Made by a program: the position numbers and the translations under genes. Below, in pieces: positions 54,213-63,429 of a stretch of 64,000 nt of DNA (positions are counted from its first letter, which is position 1; every line of letters starts with the position of its first letter). Source of the stretch: Thermoanaerobaculia bacterium (GTDB lineage Bacteria > Acidobacteriota > Thermoanaerobaculia > UBA5066 > Gp7-AA6); the NCBI GenBank assembly GCA_035506175.1, contig DATJPZ010000123.1, positions 6,980-70,979 of the forward strand, read 5' to 3'. Under the pieces are notes generated by a model, which did no database searches, was not told where the DNA came from, and saw only the letters and a program-made list of their open reading frames with translations.

Positions 54213-56604
54213 GCCGGATTTCGAGAAGCTCGGCGTCTTCTATCTCGGCAAGGCCTACGATCCGGCGAAGAAGCAGCGCCGCGACGACCTGGTCCTCTAC
54301 GACTCGCGCGACCTGGTGACGCACGCGGTCTGCGTCGGGATGACCGGCAGCGGCAAGACCGGCCTCTGCCTCTCGCTCATCGAGGAGGCGGCGATCGACG
54401 GCGTGCCCGCCATCCTGATCGATCCGAAGGGCGATCTCTGTAACCTTCTGTTGAGCTTCCCGAACCTCGCGCCCGAAGACTTCCGTCCGTGGATCAACGA
54501 GGACGAGGCGGCCCGGAAGGGCGTGTCCCCGGACGACTACGCCCGGGATCAGGCGGCGCTCTGGAAGAAGGGGCTCGCCGAGTGGGGCGAGGACGGCGCC
54601 CGGATTCAGCGGCTCCGGGACGCCGCGGACTTCGCGATCTACACGCCCGGTTCGAAGGCGGGGCTGCCGGTGTCGATTCTCCGCTCGTTTTCGGCGCCGC
54701 CGCCTTCCGCGCGGGACGACGAGGAAGCTCTCCGCGACCGGGTGGCCTCGACGGCGACGGGCCTGCTCGCGCTGCTCGGGGTGGACGTCGACCCGCTCCA
54801 GAGCCGGGAGCACATCCTGCTCTCCACGATCCTCGCCGAGGCCTGGAAGAACGGCGAGGACCTCGATCTGGCCGCACTCATCGCCCGGCTGCAGACGCCG
54901 CCGGTCGCGCGCGTCGGCGTCGTCGAGCTCGAGTCGTTTTTTCCGGCGAAGGAGCGCTTCGCGTTCGCCATGCGCGTCAATGGCCTGCTCGCGGCGCCGG
55001 GGTTTGCGGCCTGGCTCGAGGGCGAGCCGCTGGAGGTCGGGGGTCTGCTGCGCACGGCGTCCGGAAAGCCGCGCGTGGCGATCTTCTCGATCGCCCATCT
55101 CTCGGACGCCGAGCGCATGTTCTTCGTGACGCTGCTGCTGAACCAGACGCTGGCGTGGATGCGCGCGCAGACGGGCACGACGAGCCTTCGCGCCGTCCTC
55201 TACATGGACGAGATCGCGGGCTACTTCCCGCCGGTGGCCAATCCGCCCGCCAAGACGCCCCTTTTGACGCTCCTGAAGCAGGGGCGCGCGTTCGGCCTCG
55301 GCGTCGTGCTCGCGACGCAAAACCCGGTCGACCTCGACTACAAGGGCCTGTCGAACGCGGGGACGTGGTTTCTCGGGCGCCTCCAGACCGAGCGCGACAA
55401 GGCGCGCGTGCTCGAAGGCCTCGAGGGCGCCGCGGCGGGCGCCGCGCAGAAGTTCGACCGCGGCGGGATGGAGCGGCTCCTGGCGGGCCTCGGCAACCGC
55501 GTCTTCCTGCTGAACAACGTTCACGAGGACGCGCCCGAGCTCTTCGAGACGCGCTGGGCGCTGTCGTACCTGAGGGGACCCCTGACGCGGGCCCAGATCA
55601 AGACGCTCATGGATCCGCGTCGCGGCGAGACGCCGGCGGCCGGACCGGGGAAGCCGGCGGCGTCCTCGTCGTCCCCGGCGTCGAGCGCGCGGCCGGTTCT
55701 CCCGCCGGCCATCCCGCAGGGGTTCGCTCCGGTTCGCGGGTCGGGGGCGGGGCTGGTCTACCGGCCGGCGCTTCTCGCCGTCGCCGAGGCCCACTTCGCC
55801 GACGGGAAGCTCGGCGTTGCGACGACCGAAACGGTCGCGCGCCTGGCCCCGCCGGGGGACGACGTCGTCTGGTCCTCCGCGGAGGAGCCGGCGTTCCCCG
55901 TCGGCGATCTCGAGGCCGACGCCGAAAAGGGCGCGGGTTTTGCCGCGCTCCCGGCCTCCGCGGGTGTGGCGAAGAACTACGACCGCTGGGGCAAGGACTT
56001 CGCGACCTGGATCTACCGCGAACGCGCGCTGACGCTCTGGAGGAGCCCGTCCTCGGGCGAGATCTCGAAGGCCGGCGAGAGCGAAGGGGACTTCCGCGCC
56101 CGCCTCCAGCAGGGCGCCCGCGAGCGCCGCGACGCCGCCGCCGACGCGCTGCGGCAGAAGTACGCGCCGCGCCTCGCGGCGCTGCAGGAGCGGCTCCGGC
56201 GCGCGCAGCAGACGGTGGAGCGGGAGAAGCAGCAGGCCACGCAGTCGGGGGTCCAGACCGCGATCTCGGTCGGCGCCACCGTGCTCGCCGCGCTTCTCGG
56301 TCGAAAGTCGCTGTCCGCGCGAACGCTCGGGCGCGCGACGACCGCCGCGCGGGGCGCGGGCCGGACGATTCAGCAGGCCGGCGACGTGGGTCGCGCCGAG
56401 GAGTCCGCCGCCGCCATCGAGCAGCAGATCCGGGACCTCGACGCCGGGGTGCAGGCGGAGCTCGCCGCGTCCGCCGCGGCCACGGACCCGGCCGCCGAGA
56501 AGTTCGAGGTCCTGACGCTCCGGCCGAAGAAGAGCGACGTCACCGTGCGCCGCGTGACGCTCGTCTGGCTGCCGTACCGGGGCGACGAGCCCGCGTTCGG
56601 CTGA
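54211..56604 (+). CDS. HerA/FtsK-superfamily P-loop ATPase (DUF87-like) with a long coiled-coil C-terminal region
   Basis: Walker A VGMTGSGKTG and Walker B-like VLYMDEIAGYF. Also GVVLATQNPVDLD. The start was taken as the ATG at 54211 (MPDFEKLGVFYLGK). In-frame ATGs also occur at 54181 and 54199. Confidence 0.8.
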   Translation: MPDFEKLGVFYLGKAYDPAKKQRRDDLVLYDSRDLVTHAVCVGMTGSGKTGLCLSLIEEAAIDGVPAILIDPKGDLCNLLLSFPNLAPEDFRPWINEDEAARKGVSPDDYARDQAALWKKGLAEWGEDGARIQRLRDAADFAIYTPGSKAGLPVSILRSFSAPPPSARDDEEALRDRVASTATGLLALLGVDVDPLQSREHILLSTILAEAWKNGEDLDLAALIARLQTPPVARVGVVELESFFPAKERFAFAMRVNGLLAAPGFAAWLEGEPLEVGGLLRTASGKPRVAIFSIAHLSDAERMFFVTLLLNQTLAWMRAQTGTTSLRAVLYMDEIAGYFPPVANPPAKTPLLTLLKQGRAFGLGVVLATQNPVDLDYKGLSNAGTWFLGRLQTERDKARVLEGLEGAAAGAAQKFDRGGMERLLAGLGNRVFLLNNVHEDAPELFETRWALSYLRGPLTRAQIKTLMDPRRGETPAAGPGKPAASSSSPASSARPVLPPAIPQGFAPVRGSGAGLVYRPALLAVAEAHFADGKLGVATTETVARLAPPGDDVVWSSAEEPAFPVGDLEADAEKGAGFAALPASAGVAKNYDRWGKDFATWIYRERALTLWRSPSSGEISKAGESEGDFRARLQQGARERRDAAADALRQKYAPRLAALQERLRRAQQTVEREKQQATQSGVQTAISVGATVLAALLGRKSLSARTLGRATTAARGAGRTIQQAGDVGRAEESAAAIEQQIRDLDAGVQAELAASAAATDPAAEKFEVLTLRPKKSDVTVRRVTLVWLPYRGDEPAFG

Positions 56605-56643
56605 GGAACTCGTCGGGGCGGGGCTCGGTCCCGCCCGCGCCGC

Positions 56644-56666
56644 GGGCGGCCACAAAGGGGCCGCCC
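56644..56666. terminator. GC-rich hairpin between convergent genes (candidate bidirectional terminator)
   Basis: The stem is gggcggcc (56644-56651) paired with ggccgccc (56659-56666), with a 7-nt loop. It lies between the stops at 56604 (+) and 56671 (-). There is no clear U-tract. Confidence 0.4.
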
Positions 56667-56670
56667 TGCG

Positions 56671-57747
56671 TCAATCGCCGATCGGCCGCACGCCGAGGCC
56701 CGGCGCGTCGAGCGTGCGCATCACGCCGCTCTCGAGGGTGAATCCGCCCTCGACGACGTCGCGGGCGAGGTCGAGGGAGCCGTCGAGGTCGAGGAAACGC
56801 GTGGCGGGGGAAGCGAACGCGGCGTGGAGCGCCGCGGCGATCGAGATGCGGCTCTCGTCCATGCAGCCCCACATGAGGGCGATGCCGGCGGTTTCCGCGA
56901 TCGCCGCGATGCGCATCGCGGGCCGGATCCCGCCGCATTTCATCAGCTTGACGTTGTAGATGCCGCACGCCGGCTCCGGCGCCGCGAGCGCCAGGGCGTC
57001 CTTCTCGCCGTGCAGGCTCTCGTCGGCGGCGATCCGGGCGCGCCGGCGCGGCGACAGCGTCCGGATCTCCTCGAACGCCTCGCGCGGGACGGGCTGCTCG
57101 ACGAACTCGATCTGGAGCGGCGCCGTGCGCTCGAAGAAGCGGGCCGTCTCTTCGATCGTGTAGCCGATGTTGGCGTCCACCCGGACGAGGACCTCGGGGC
57201 CGACGCGCTCGCGGAGCCGGACGAGGCGCTCCACGTCGAGGTCGAGCGCGTCGCCGATCTTGACCTTCAGCGCCTTGAACCCGCGGGCGAGATACTCGGC
57301 GGCTTCCGCGAGCGTCTCGTCGACCGGCTTGATGCCGATCGTGATCGAGGTCGGGAGCGCCTCGTGGGCGCGCCCGAGCACGTCGACGAGCGGCAGGCCG
57401 AGATGCCGGGCGGCGACGTCGTGCAGCGCGATGTCGATCGCCGCCCGCGCGGCCGGCGTGGCGGCCGTGCGGGTCGCGGCCTCGCGGCAGAGCGCGTTGC
57501 AGGCGAGGGCGTCGCGGCCGACGAGCCAGTCGAGGCTCCCGCCCTCGAGGGCCGCGCGGCAGGCCTCGAAGGTTTCGCCCGTGACGTGCTCGCCGGGCGA
57601 GGCCGCGCCGAACCCGACGAGCCCCGAGTCGGTCTCGATCCGGACGATGGCGTTCTCGACCTCGATGAGCGGGTCCTGGCCGGCGATCGCGTAGGGCCGC
57701 GTCAGGGGGAAGCGCTCGACGCGGCACGCCGCCTTCCGGATCCTCAC
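56671..57747 (-). CDS. Enolase-superfamily dipeptide epimerase / N-acyl amino acid racemase (DgcA-like)
   Basis: The GTG start overlaps the upstream stop (GTGA). Motifs: KVKIG, VRVDANIGYT, FVEQP, IAADES, YNVKLMKCGG (metal and catalytic residues of the MLE/epimerase subgroup). Confidence 0.85.
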   Translation of the reverse strand: MRIRKAACRVERFPLTRPYAIAGQDPLIEVENAIVRIETDSGLVGFGAASPGEHVTGETFEACRAALEGGSLDWLVGRDALACNALCREAATRTAATPAARAAIDIALHDVAARHLGLPLVDVLGRAHEALPTSITIGIKPVDETLAEAAEYLARGFKALKVKIGDALDLDVERLVRLRERVGPEVLVRVDANIGYTIEETARFFERTAPLQIEFVEQPVPREAFEEIRTLSPRRRARIAADESLHGEKDALALAAPEPACGIYNVKLMKCGGIRPAMRIAAIAETAGIALMWGCMDESRISIAAALHAAFASPATRFLDLDGSLDLARDVVEGGFTLESGVMRTLDAPGLGVRPIGD

Positions 57748-58817
57748 CGGCGCGCCTCGCTCGCGAGAAACTCGCGCACGACCGGGACGAGCTCGCCCAC
57801 GCCTTCTTCGAGCGGCCGGACGACGGGAATGCCGAGACGCCAGCGCAGGCGCTGCTGCTCGGCGCGCAGGGCCTCGGGCGTCATGCCCTCGCCGTTCAAC
57901 GTCACGGCGAGCGTGCGCGAACCGTAGCGGCGGATGAGCTCGATCTCGTCGGCGACCGGCGGGATGCGCAGGTCGAACTCCTCGAGGTCTTCGTAGAAGG
58001 TCCGGCCGGGCGCGTGCTGCAGGATGACGCCGGCGGCGCGGCCCGAGACCAGGAACTCGGAACCGCAGGGGCCGGACGGGTTGCGCAGCGCCGACTGTCC
58101 TTCGAGCAGGATCAGATCGGGCCGGCGCGCCTTCCAGCACGAGACGATCGCGTGCTCGAGCTCGCCCGACACGAAGTCGTTCGGAATCGAGTCGAAGACG
58201 AACCCGAACGGCTCTCCCTGCATCCAGCCGGTCTGGCCGGTGAAGACGAGCTCGGTCGTGATCCCGGCCGCGCGGCAGGCCTCGAGCAGGAAGCGCGCCG
58301 TCGTGCGCTTGCCGAGCGCGCAGTCGGTGCCGAGGACCGCCAGGCGCGGCGCCTCGACGGTCAGGATCTCGCCGCTCCAGAAGTGCAGCTCCGGGCGCGG
58401 GGCCGTCTTCCGGACGTCGCGGATCGTCAGTCCTTTTCGGGCGGCGAGGTCGGCCAGCCGCGCGTCGTCGGCGAGGAACTCGTGCAGGCCGTTGACGACC
58501 GAGAGGCCGGACTCGAGGGCTTCCGCGAGCAGGCCGCGCAGGCCCGGCGTGACCCGGCCGCCGGAGGTCGCCACCCCGACGACGCAGAATGCCGGCTTTT
58601 CCGGGAGCGCGGCGAGGGCGTCGGCGATGGTGGCGAAGATCGGGATGCCCCTCCGGGCTCCGTCCAGGACCTCTCCGGCGTCGCGCCCCGCCGTGGTCGG
58701 CCCGTCGACGACGGCGAGGATGCGGTAGCGGTTGGTCCCGCGCACGAGCCCGTGCGCGGTCTTCGCGTGCGCCGTCGCGAAGAGACCGTCGGTCACGACG
58801 ATTGCGGTGCCGTCCAT
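57744..58817 (-). CDS. DUF1611 domain protein (DgcN-like N-acetyltransferase family)
   Basis: DUF1611-typical motifs: LGTDCALGKRTTA and ILLEGQSALRNPSGPCG. Translationally coupled to the epimerase gene. Confidence 0.85.
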   Translation of the reverse strand: MDGTAIVVTDGLFATAHAKTAHGLVRGTNRYRILAVVDGPTTAGRDAGEVLDGARRGIPIFATIADALAALPEKPAFCVVGVATSGGRVTPGLRGLLAEALESGLSVVNGLHEFLADDARLADLAARKGLTIRDVRKTAPRPELHFWSGEILTVEAPRLAVLGTDCALGKRTTARFLLEACRAAGITTELVFTGQTGWMQGEPFGFVFDSIPNDFVSGELEHAIVSCWKARRPDLILLEGQSALRNPSGPCGSEFLVSGRAAGVILQHAPGRTFYEDLEEFDLRIPPVADEIELIRRYGSRTLAVTLNGEGMTPEALRAEQQRLRWRLGIPVVRPLEEGVGELVPVVREFLASEARR

Positions 58818-58879
58818 CGCGGCGCATTATCCCCGATCGCTTCGAGGCGGCGCGGTAGACTGCGCGGCGAGCGACGGAG

Positions 58880-60913
58880 GTGTTCCTGGCCGAGAAACGA
58901 CGCCCCGATGCGGCCGCGCGCGCCGGCACGTCCCGGCACGACGCGCCGCTCCTGACGCCCGAGGACCTCCACCTCTTCAACGAGGGCACGCACCGGCGTC
59001 TCTGGGAGCGCCTCGGTTCGCACCCGCGCACGTGGGAAGGGGTCGAAGGGACGTCGTTCGCCGTCTTCGCGCCGAACGCCGCCGAGGTCTCGGTGATCGG
59101 CGACTTCAACGGCTGGGAGGACGGCCGCCACCCGCTCGCGCCGCTCGGCGCGTCGGGCGTCTGGGAGGCGTTCGTCCCGGGCCTCGGACGCGGCGCGGTC
59201 TACAAGTACCACGTCGTGTCGCAGCTGCAGGGGTACCGCGTCGACAAGGCCGATCCGTACGCGGTGCGCCACGAGGTGCCGCCGCGCACGGGCTCGGTCG
59301 TCTGGGACCTCGACTACCGCTGGCGCGACGACAAGTGGGTCGCCGGGCGCGCCGCCGCGCAGGCGCCTTCGGCCCCCATGTCGATCTACGAGGTACACCT
59401 CGGCTCCTGGCGCCGCGTGCCGGAGGAGAAGAACCGGCCGTTGACCTACCGCGAGGCAGCCGCGCCGCTCGCGCACCACGCGCTCGACATGGGCTTCACG
59501 CACGTCGAGCTGCTGCCCCTGATGGAGCACCCGTTCGCGGGGTCGTGGGGCTACCAGGTCACGGGATTCTTCGCGCCGACGTCCCGCTTCGGGACGCCGC
59601 AGGACCTCATGTACCTGATCGACACGCTCCACCAGGCGGGCATCGGCGTGATCCTCGACTGGGTGCCGTCGCACTTCCCGTCCGACGAGCACGGCCTGGT
59701 CTACTTCGACGGCACCCACCTCTACGAGCACGCCGACTGGCGCCAGGGCTACCACCCGGACTGGTCGAGCTGCATCTTCAACTACGGCCGCGCCGAGGTC
59801 CGGAGCTTCCTGCTCTCCTCCGCGCTCTACTGGCTCGAGTGCTACCACGCCGACGGCCTCCGGGTCGACGCCGTGGCGTCGATGCTCCACCTCGACTACT
59901 CGCGGAAGGCGGGGGAGTGGATCCCCAACAAGTACGGCGGCTGGGAAAACCTCGAAGCGATCTCGCTCCTGCGCCGCCTGAACGACGAGGTCTCGGAGCA
60001 GCACCCCGGCGTCGTCATGATCGCGGAGGAGTCCACGGCGTGGCCGATGGTCTCGCGCCCGACGTACGTCGGCGGGCTCGGCTTCGACATGAAGTGGGAC
60101 CTCGGCTGGATGAACGACACCCTCGACTACATGGAGCTCGACCCGGTCTTCCGAAAGTACCACCACACGGACCTGACGTTCCGGCGGATGTACCAGTACT
60201 CCGAGAACTTCGTGCTGCCGCTCTCGCACGACGAGGTCGTGCACCTGAAGCGGTCGCTCCTGTCGAAGATGCCGGGCGACGAGTGGCAGCAGTTCGCGAA
60301 CCTGCGCCTTCTCTTCGCCTACATGTGGGCGCAGGCGGGCAAGAAGCTCCTCTTCATGGGCGGCGAGATCGGCCAGTGGCGGGAGTGGAACCACGACACG
60401 AGCCTCGACTGGGACCTGCTCGAGCGGCCGCGCCACGCCGGCCTGCAGCTCTGGGTCCGAGACCTGAACCGGCTCTACGCCGCCGAGCCCGCGCTCCACG
60501 CGCTCGACTTCGACCCCCGCGGTTTCGAGTGGATCGACTGCCACGACGCCGACCACAGCGTCGTCTCGCTCGAGCGCCGCGGCAGGGGGCCGCGCGACCG
60601 CGTCGCCGCCGTCTTCAACTTCACGCCGGTGCCGCGCTCGGCGTACCTCGTCGGCGTGGACGTGCCGGGCGACTGGGTCGAGATCCTCAACAGCGACGCG
60701 CTCGAGTACGGCGGCAGCGGGGTCGGCAACCGCGGCCGGGCCGTGGCGCTTCCGGTCCCCGTGCAGGGCCGCGCGCACAGCCTCTCGCTGACGTTGCCGC
60801 CGCTCGGGGCGCTGTTTCTCAAGCCCGGGGAGGAAGCGCCTTTCGACGACGCGCTCGAGGCCGAGGTCGAAGCGCCGGCGGCCGAGGACGAGCCCTTCGC
60901 CGCCGCGAAGTAA
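58880..60913 (+). CDS. glgB: 1,4-alpha-glucan branching enzyme
   Basis: GH13 catalytic motifs: ILDWVPSHF, GLRVDAVASMLH, MIAEEST, SHDEV. The N-terminal CBM48 motif is FAVFAPNAAEVSVIGDFNGW. The GTG start is uncertain. Confidence 0.9.
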   Translation: MFLAEKRRPDAAARAGTSRHDAPLLTPEDLHLFNEGTHRRLWERLGSHPRTWEGVEGTSFAVFAPNAAEVSVIGDFNGWEDGRHPLAPLGASGVWEAFVPGLGRGAVYKYHVVSQLQGYRVDKADPYAVRHEVPPRTGSVVWDLDYRWRDDKWVAGRAAAQAPSAPMSIYEVHLGSWRRVPEEKNRPLTYREAAAPLAHHALDMGFTHVELLPLMEHPFAGSWGYQVTGFFAPTSRFGTPQDLMYLIDTLHQAGIGVILDWVPSHFPSDEHGLVYFDGTHLYEHADWRQGYHPDWSSCIFNYGRAEVRSFLLSSALYWLECYHADGLRVDAVASMLHLDYSRKAGEWIPNKYGGWENLEAISLLRRLNDEVSEQHPGVVMIAEESTAWPMVSRPTYVGGLGFDMKWDLGWMNDTLDYMELDPVFRKYHHTDLTFRRMYQYSENFVLPLSHDEVVHLKRSLLSKMPGDEWQQFANLRLLFAYMWAQAGKKLLFMGGEIGQWREWNHDTSLDWDLLERPRHAGLQLWVRDLNRLYAAEPALHALDFDPRGFEWIDCHDADHSVVSLERRGRGPRDRVAAVFNFTPVPRSAYLVGVDVPGDWVEILNSDALEYGGSGVGNRGRAVALPVPVQGRAHSLSLTLPPLGALFLKPGEEAPFDDALEAEVEAPAAEDEPFAAAK

Positions 60914-60927
60914 CCCCGGGGACCTCC

Positions 60928-63378
60928 ATGCACCGGTACGTCTGCATCCACGGCCACTTCTACCAGCCGCCGCGCGAGAACCCGTGGCTCGAGGCGATCG
61001 AGGGGCAGCCGTCGGCGTATCCGTACCACGACTGGAACGAGCGGATCTCGGCCGAGTGCTACGCGCCCAACGCCAACGCGCGGATCCTCGACGGCGAGAA
61101 TCGGATCGTGTCGATCGTCAACAACTATGCCTCGATGAGTTTCAACTTCGGCCCGACGCTCCTGTCGTGGCTCGAAGAGAAGGAGCCCGACGTCTATCGC
61201 GCGATCCTCGCCGCCGACGCCGAGAGCGCGCGCCGGTTCTCCGGTCACGGCTCGGCGCTGGCGCAGGCCTACAACCACGCGATCCTTCCCCTCGCCAACG
61301 CGCGGGACCGCAGGACGCAGGTGGTCTGGGGCGTCCGCGACTTCCGCCGCCGCTTCGGCCGCGTTCCCGAAGGGATGTGGCTTCCCGAGACGGCGGTGGA
61401 CCTGTCGAGCCTCGAGGCTCTCGCGGCCGAAGGGATCGCGTTCACGATCCTCGCGCCGCACCAGGCGAGCCACTTCCGCGAGGTCGGCGAGGAGGCGTGG
61501 ACCGAGGTCGCCGCGGAAACAATCGACCCGACGCAGCCCTATCGCGTGACGCTGCGGTCCGGCGGCTCGATCGCCGTCTTCTTCTACGACGGACCCGTCT
61601 CTCGGGCGATCGCCTTCGAGCGCCTGCTGACGACGGGGGAGCGGTTCGCCGAGCGGCTCGCCGGCGCCTTCGGCGACGGCGCGGAACGGCCCCGGCTCGT
61701 CCACGTCGCGACCGACGGCGAGACCTACGGACACCACCATCGCCACGGCGACATGGCCCTCGCCTACGCCCTGCACACGCTCGCCGAGAAACAGCTCGCC
61801 CGGCTGACGAACTACGGCGAGTTTCTCGAGAAGCATCCGCCCACGCACGAGGCGAAGATCCACGAGAACACGTCGTGGAGCTGCGCCCACGGGGTGGAGC
61901 GCTGGCGGTCCGACTGCGGCTGCCAGTCGGGAGCGCACCCCGGCTGGAACCAGGCATGGCGGGCGCCGCTGCGCGAGGCGCTCGACGCGTTGCGCGACAC
62001 GCTGGCCGAGCCGTGGGAGGCGCACGCGGCGTCCCTGCTGAGGGACCCGTGGGCGGCGCGCGACGACTACGTCGACGTTCTCCTCGACCGCTCGCCGGAG
62101 TCGGCCGACCGGTTTCTCGCGGCGCATACCGTCCGACCGCCGGACGAAGCGGCGCGGACGGCGATCTGGAAGCTTCTCGAGATGCAGCGCCACGCGCTGC
62201 TGATGTACACGAGCTGCGGCTGGTTCTTCGACGACGTCGGCGGGATCGAAGCCCGGCAGGTGATCCAGTACGCGGGACGGGTGCTGCAGCTGGCGGGCGA
62301 GCTCTTCGGCCCCGGCCTCGAGGAGCCTTTCCTCGCGATCCTCGAGAAGGCTCGCAGCAACGACGCCGACGTCGGCGACGGCCGCCGCCTCTACGAGGAC
62401 TCGGTGCGGCCGGCCGTCGTGTCGCTCGCAAAAGTCGGGGCGCACTACGGGGTGAGCTCGCTCTTTTCGGACTACGCCGAGTCCGACCGCGTCTACTGCT
62501 ACGACGTCGCGCGCCTCGACTACCGCCGCGCGGCGAGCGGCCGCGCGCGCCTCGCGGTCGGGCGCGCCCGCATCCGGTCGGAGATCACGGGGGAGTCCGG
62601 CGAGTTCGCCTTCGGCGTCCTGCACCTCGGCGACCACAACCTCTCCGGGGGAGCGATCGCGTTTCCGGGAGAAGAGGGCTACGACGCCCTGGCCGCGAAG
62701 GTCCTCGAGCCTTTCCGCAAGGCCGACCTGACCGAGACGCTGCGCCAGGTGGACCGGGCCTTCGGGTCCGGCGTCTACACGCTGCGCCTGCTCTTCCGGG
62801 ACGAGCAGCAGAAAGTCCTCGCGCGCATCCTCTCCGCGGTGCTCGAATCGGCCGACCGCGTCTATCGTGAGCTCTACGAGGAGAACGCTCCGCTGATGCG
62901 CTTTCTCTCGGGGCACGGCATCGCGCAGCCGCGCGGGCTCCGCCTGGCCGCCGAGCTCGCGCTCAACACGGGCTTGCGGAGCGCGCTGCAGCCGCCCGGC
63001 CCGGAGCCGGCCCGGCTGGCGGCGCTCGTCGACGAGGCCCGCCATGTCGGCGTCTCGCTCCACGAAGACGGGCTCGGCCTGGCGGTCGACGGGGCGCTCG
63101 AGCGGCTGGCCGGGGGACTGCGCGAGGGACCGCCCGCGCGCGCCCGGCTCGAGGAACTCGAGGCGGTCGTCGACCTGGCGCGCCAGCTGCCGTTCGAGGT
63201 CGACTTCTGGAAGGTCCAGAACGTCTACTACCACGCGCTGCAGAGCCTGTTGCCCGAGTGGCGGCGGGATGGCTCGGCCGCGGCGCGGCAATGGGTCGAG
63301 CGCTTCCTCGCACTCGGGCAAAAGCTGTCAGTGAAAGTGACCGACGCTCATCCGCCGGAGCCGACCGCAGGGTCCTGA
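60928..63378 (+). CDS. Glycoside hydrolase family 57 protein with a DUF3536-like C-terminal extension
   Basis: The ATG at 60928 lies inside the long track ORF 58732-63378. GH57 motifs: HGHFYQPPRENPW, WLPETAV, ATDGETYGHH. Confidence 0.9.
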   Translation: MHRYVCIHGHFYQPPRENPWLEAIEGQPSAYPYHDWNERISAECYAPNANARILDGENRIVSIVNNYASMSFNFGPTLLSWLEEKEPDVYRAILAADAESARRFSGHGSALAQAYNHAILPLANARDRRTQVVWGVRDFRRRFGRVPEGMWLPETAVDLSSLEALAAEGIAFTILAPHQASHFREVGEEAWTEVAAETIDPTQPYRVTLRSGGSIAVFFYDGPVSRAIAFERLLTTGERFAERLAGAFGDGAERPRLVHVATDGETYGHHHRHGDMALAYALHTLAEKQLARLTNYGEFLEKHPPTHEAKIHENTSWSCAHGVERWRSDCGCQSGAHPGWNQAWRAPLREALDALRDTLAEPWEAHAASLLRDPWAARDDYVDVLLDRSPESADRFLAAHTVRPPDEAARTAIWKLLEMQRHALLMYTSCGWFFDDVGGIEARQVIQYAGRVLQLAGELFGPGLEEPFLAILEKARSNDADVGDGRRLYEDSVRPAVVSLAKVGAHYGVSSLFSDYAESDRVYCYDVARLDYRRAASGRARLAVGRARIRSEITGESGEFAFGVLHLGDHNLSGGAIAFPGEEGYDALAAKVLEPFRKADLTETLRQVDRAFGSGVYTLRLLFRDEQQKVLARILSAVLESADRVYRELYEENAPLMRFLSGHGIAQPRGLRLAAELALNTGLRSALQPPGPEPARLAALVDEARHVGVSLHEDGLGLAVDGALERLAGGLREGPPARARLEELEAVVDLARQLPFEVDFWKVQNVYYHALQSLLPEWRRDGSAAARQWVERFLALGQKLSVKVTDAHPPEPTAGS

Positions 63379-63429
63379 GCCCACAGGGCTTAGTGCGTGG
63401 GAGGTGTCTGCTACACTACCGGTTGAGTC

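Noticed and set aside
48567-56655. Two giant ORFs overlapping the kinase and ATPase genes: 48567-54443 on the plus strand (1958 aa) and 51733-56655 on the minus strand (1640 aa).
   Set aside because: Both translate to low-complexity Arg/Gly/Asp/Pro-rich sequence without domains. The opposing or alternative frames carry complete kinase, P-loop, SBP5 and HerA-like motifs.
58732-60927. The N-terminal 732 codons of the 1548-aa track ORF 58732-63378.
   Set aside because: This portion is the out-of-frame shadow of glgB. Only the part from the ATG at 60928 shows GH57 motifs, so I called the gene from there.
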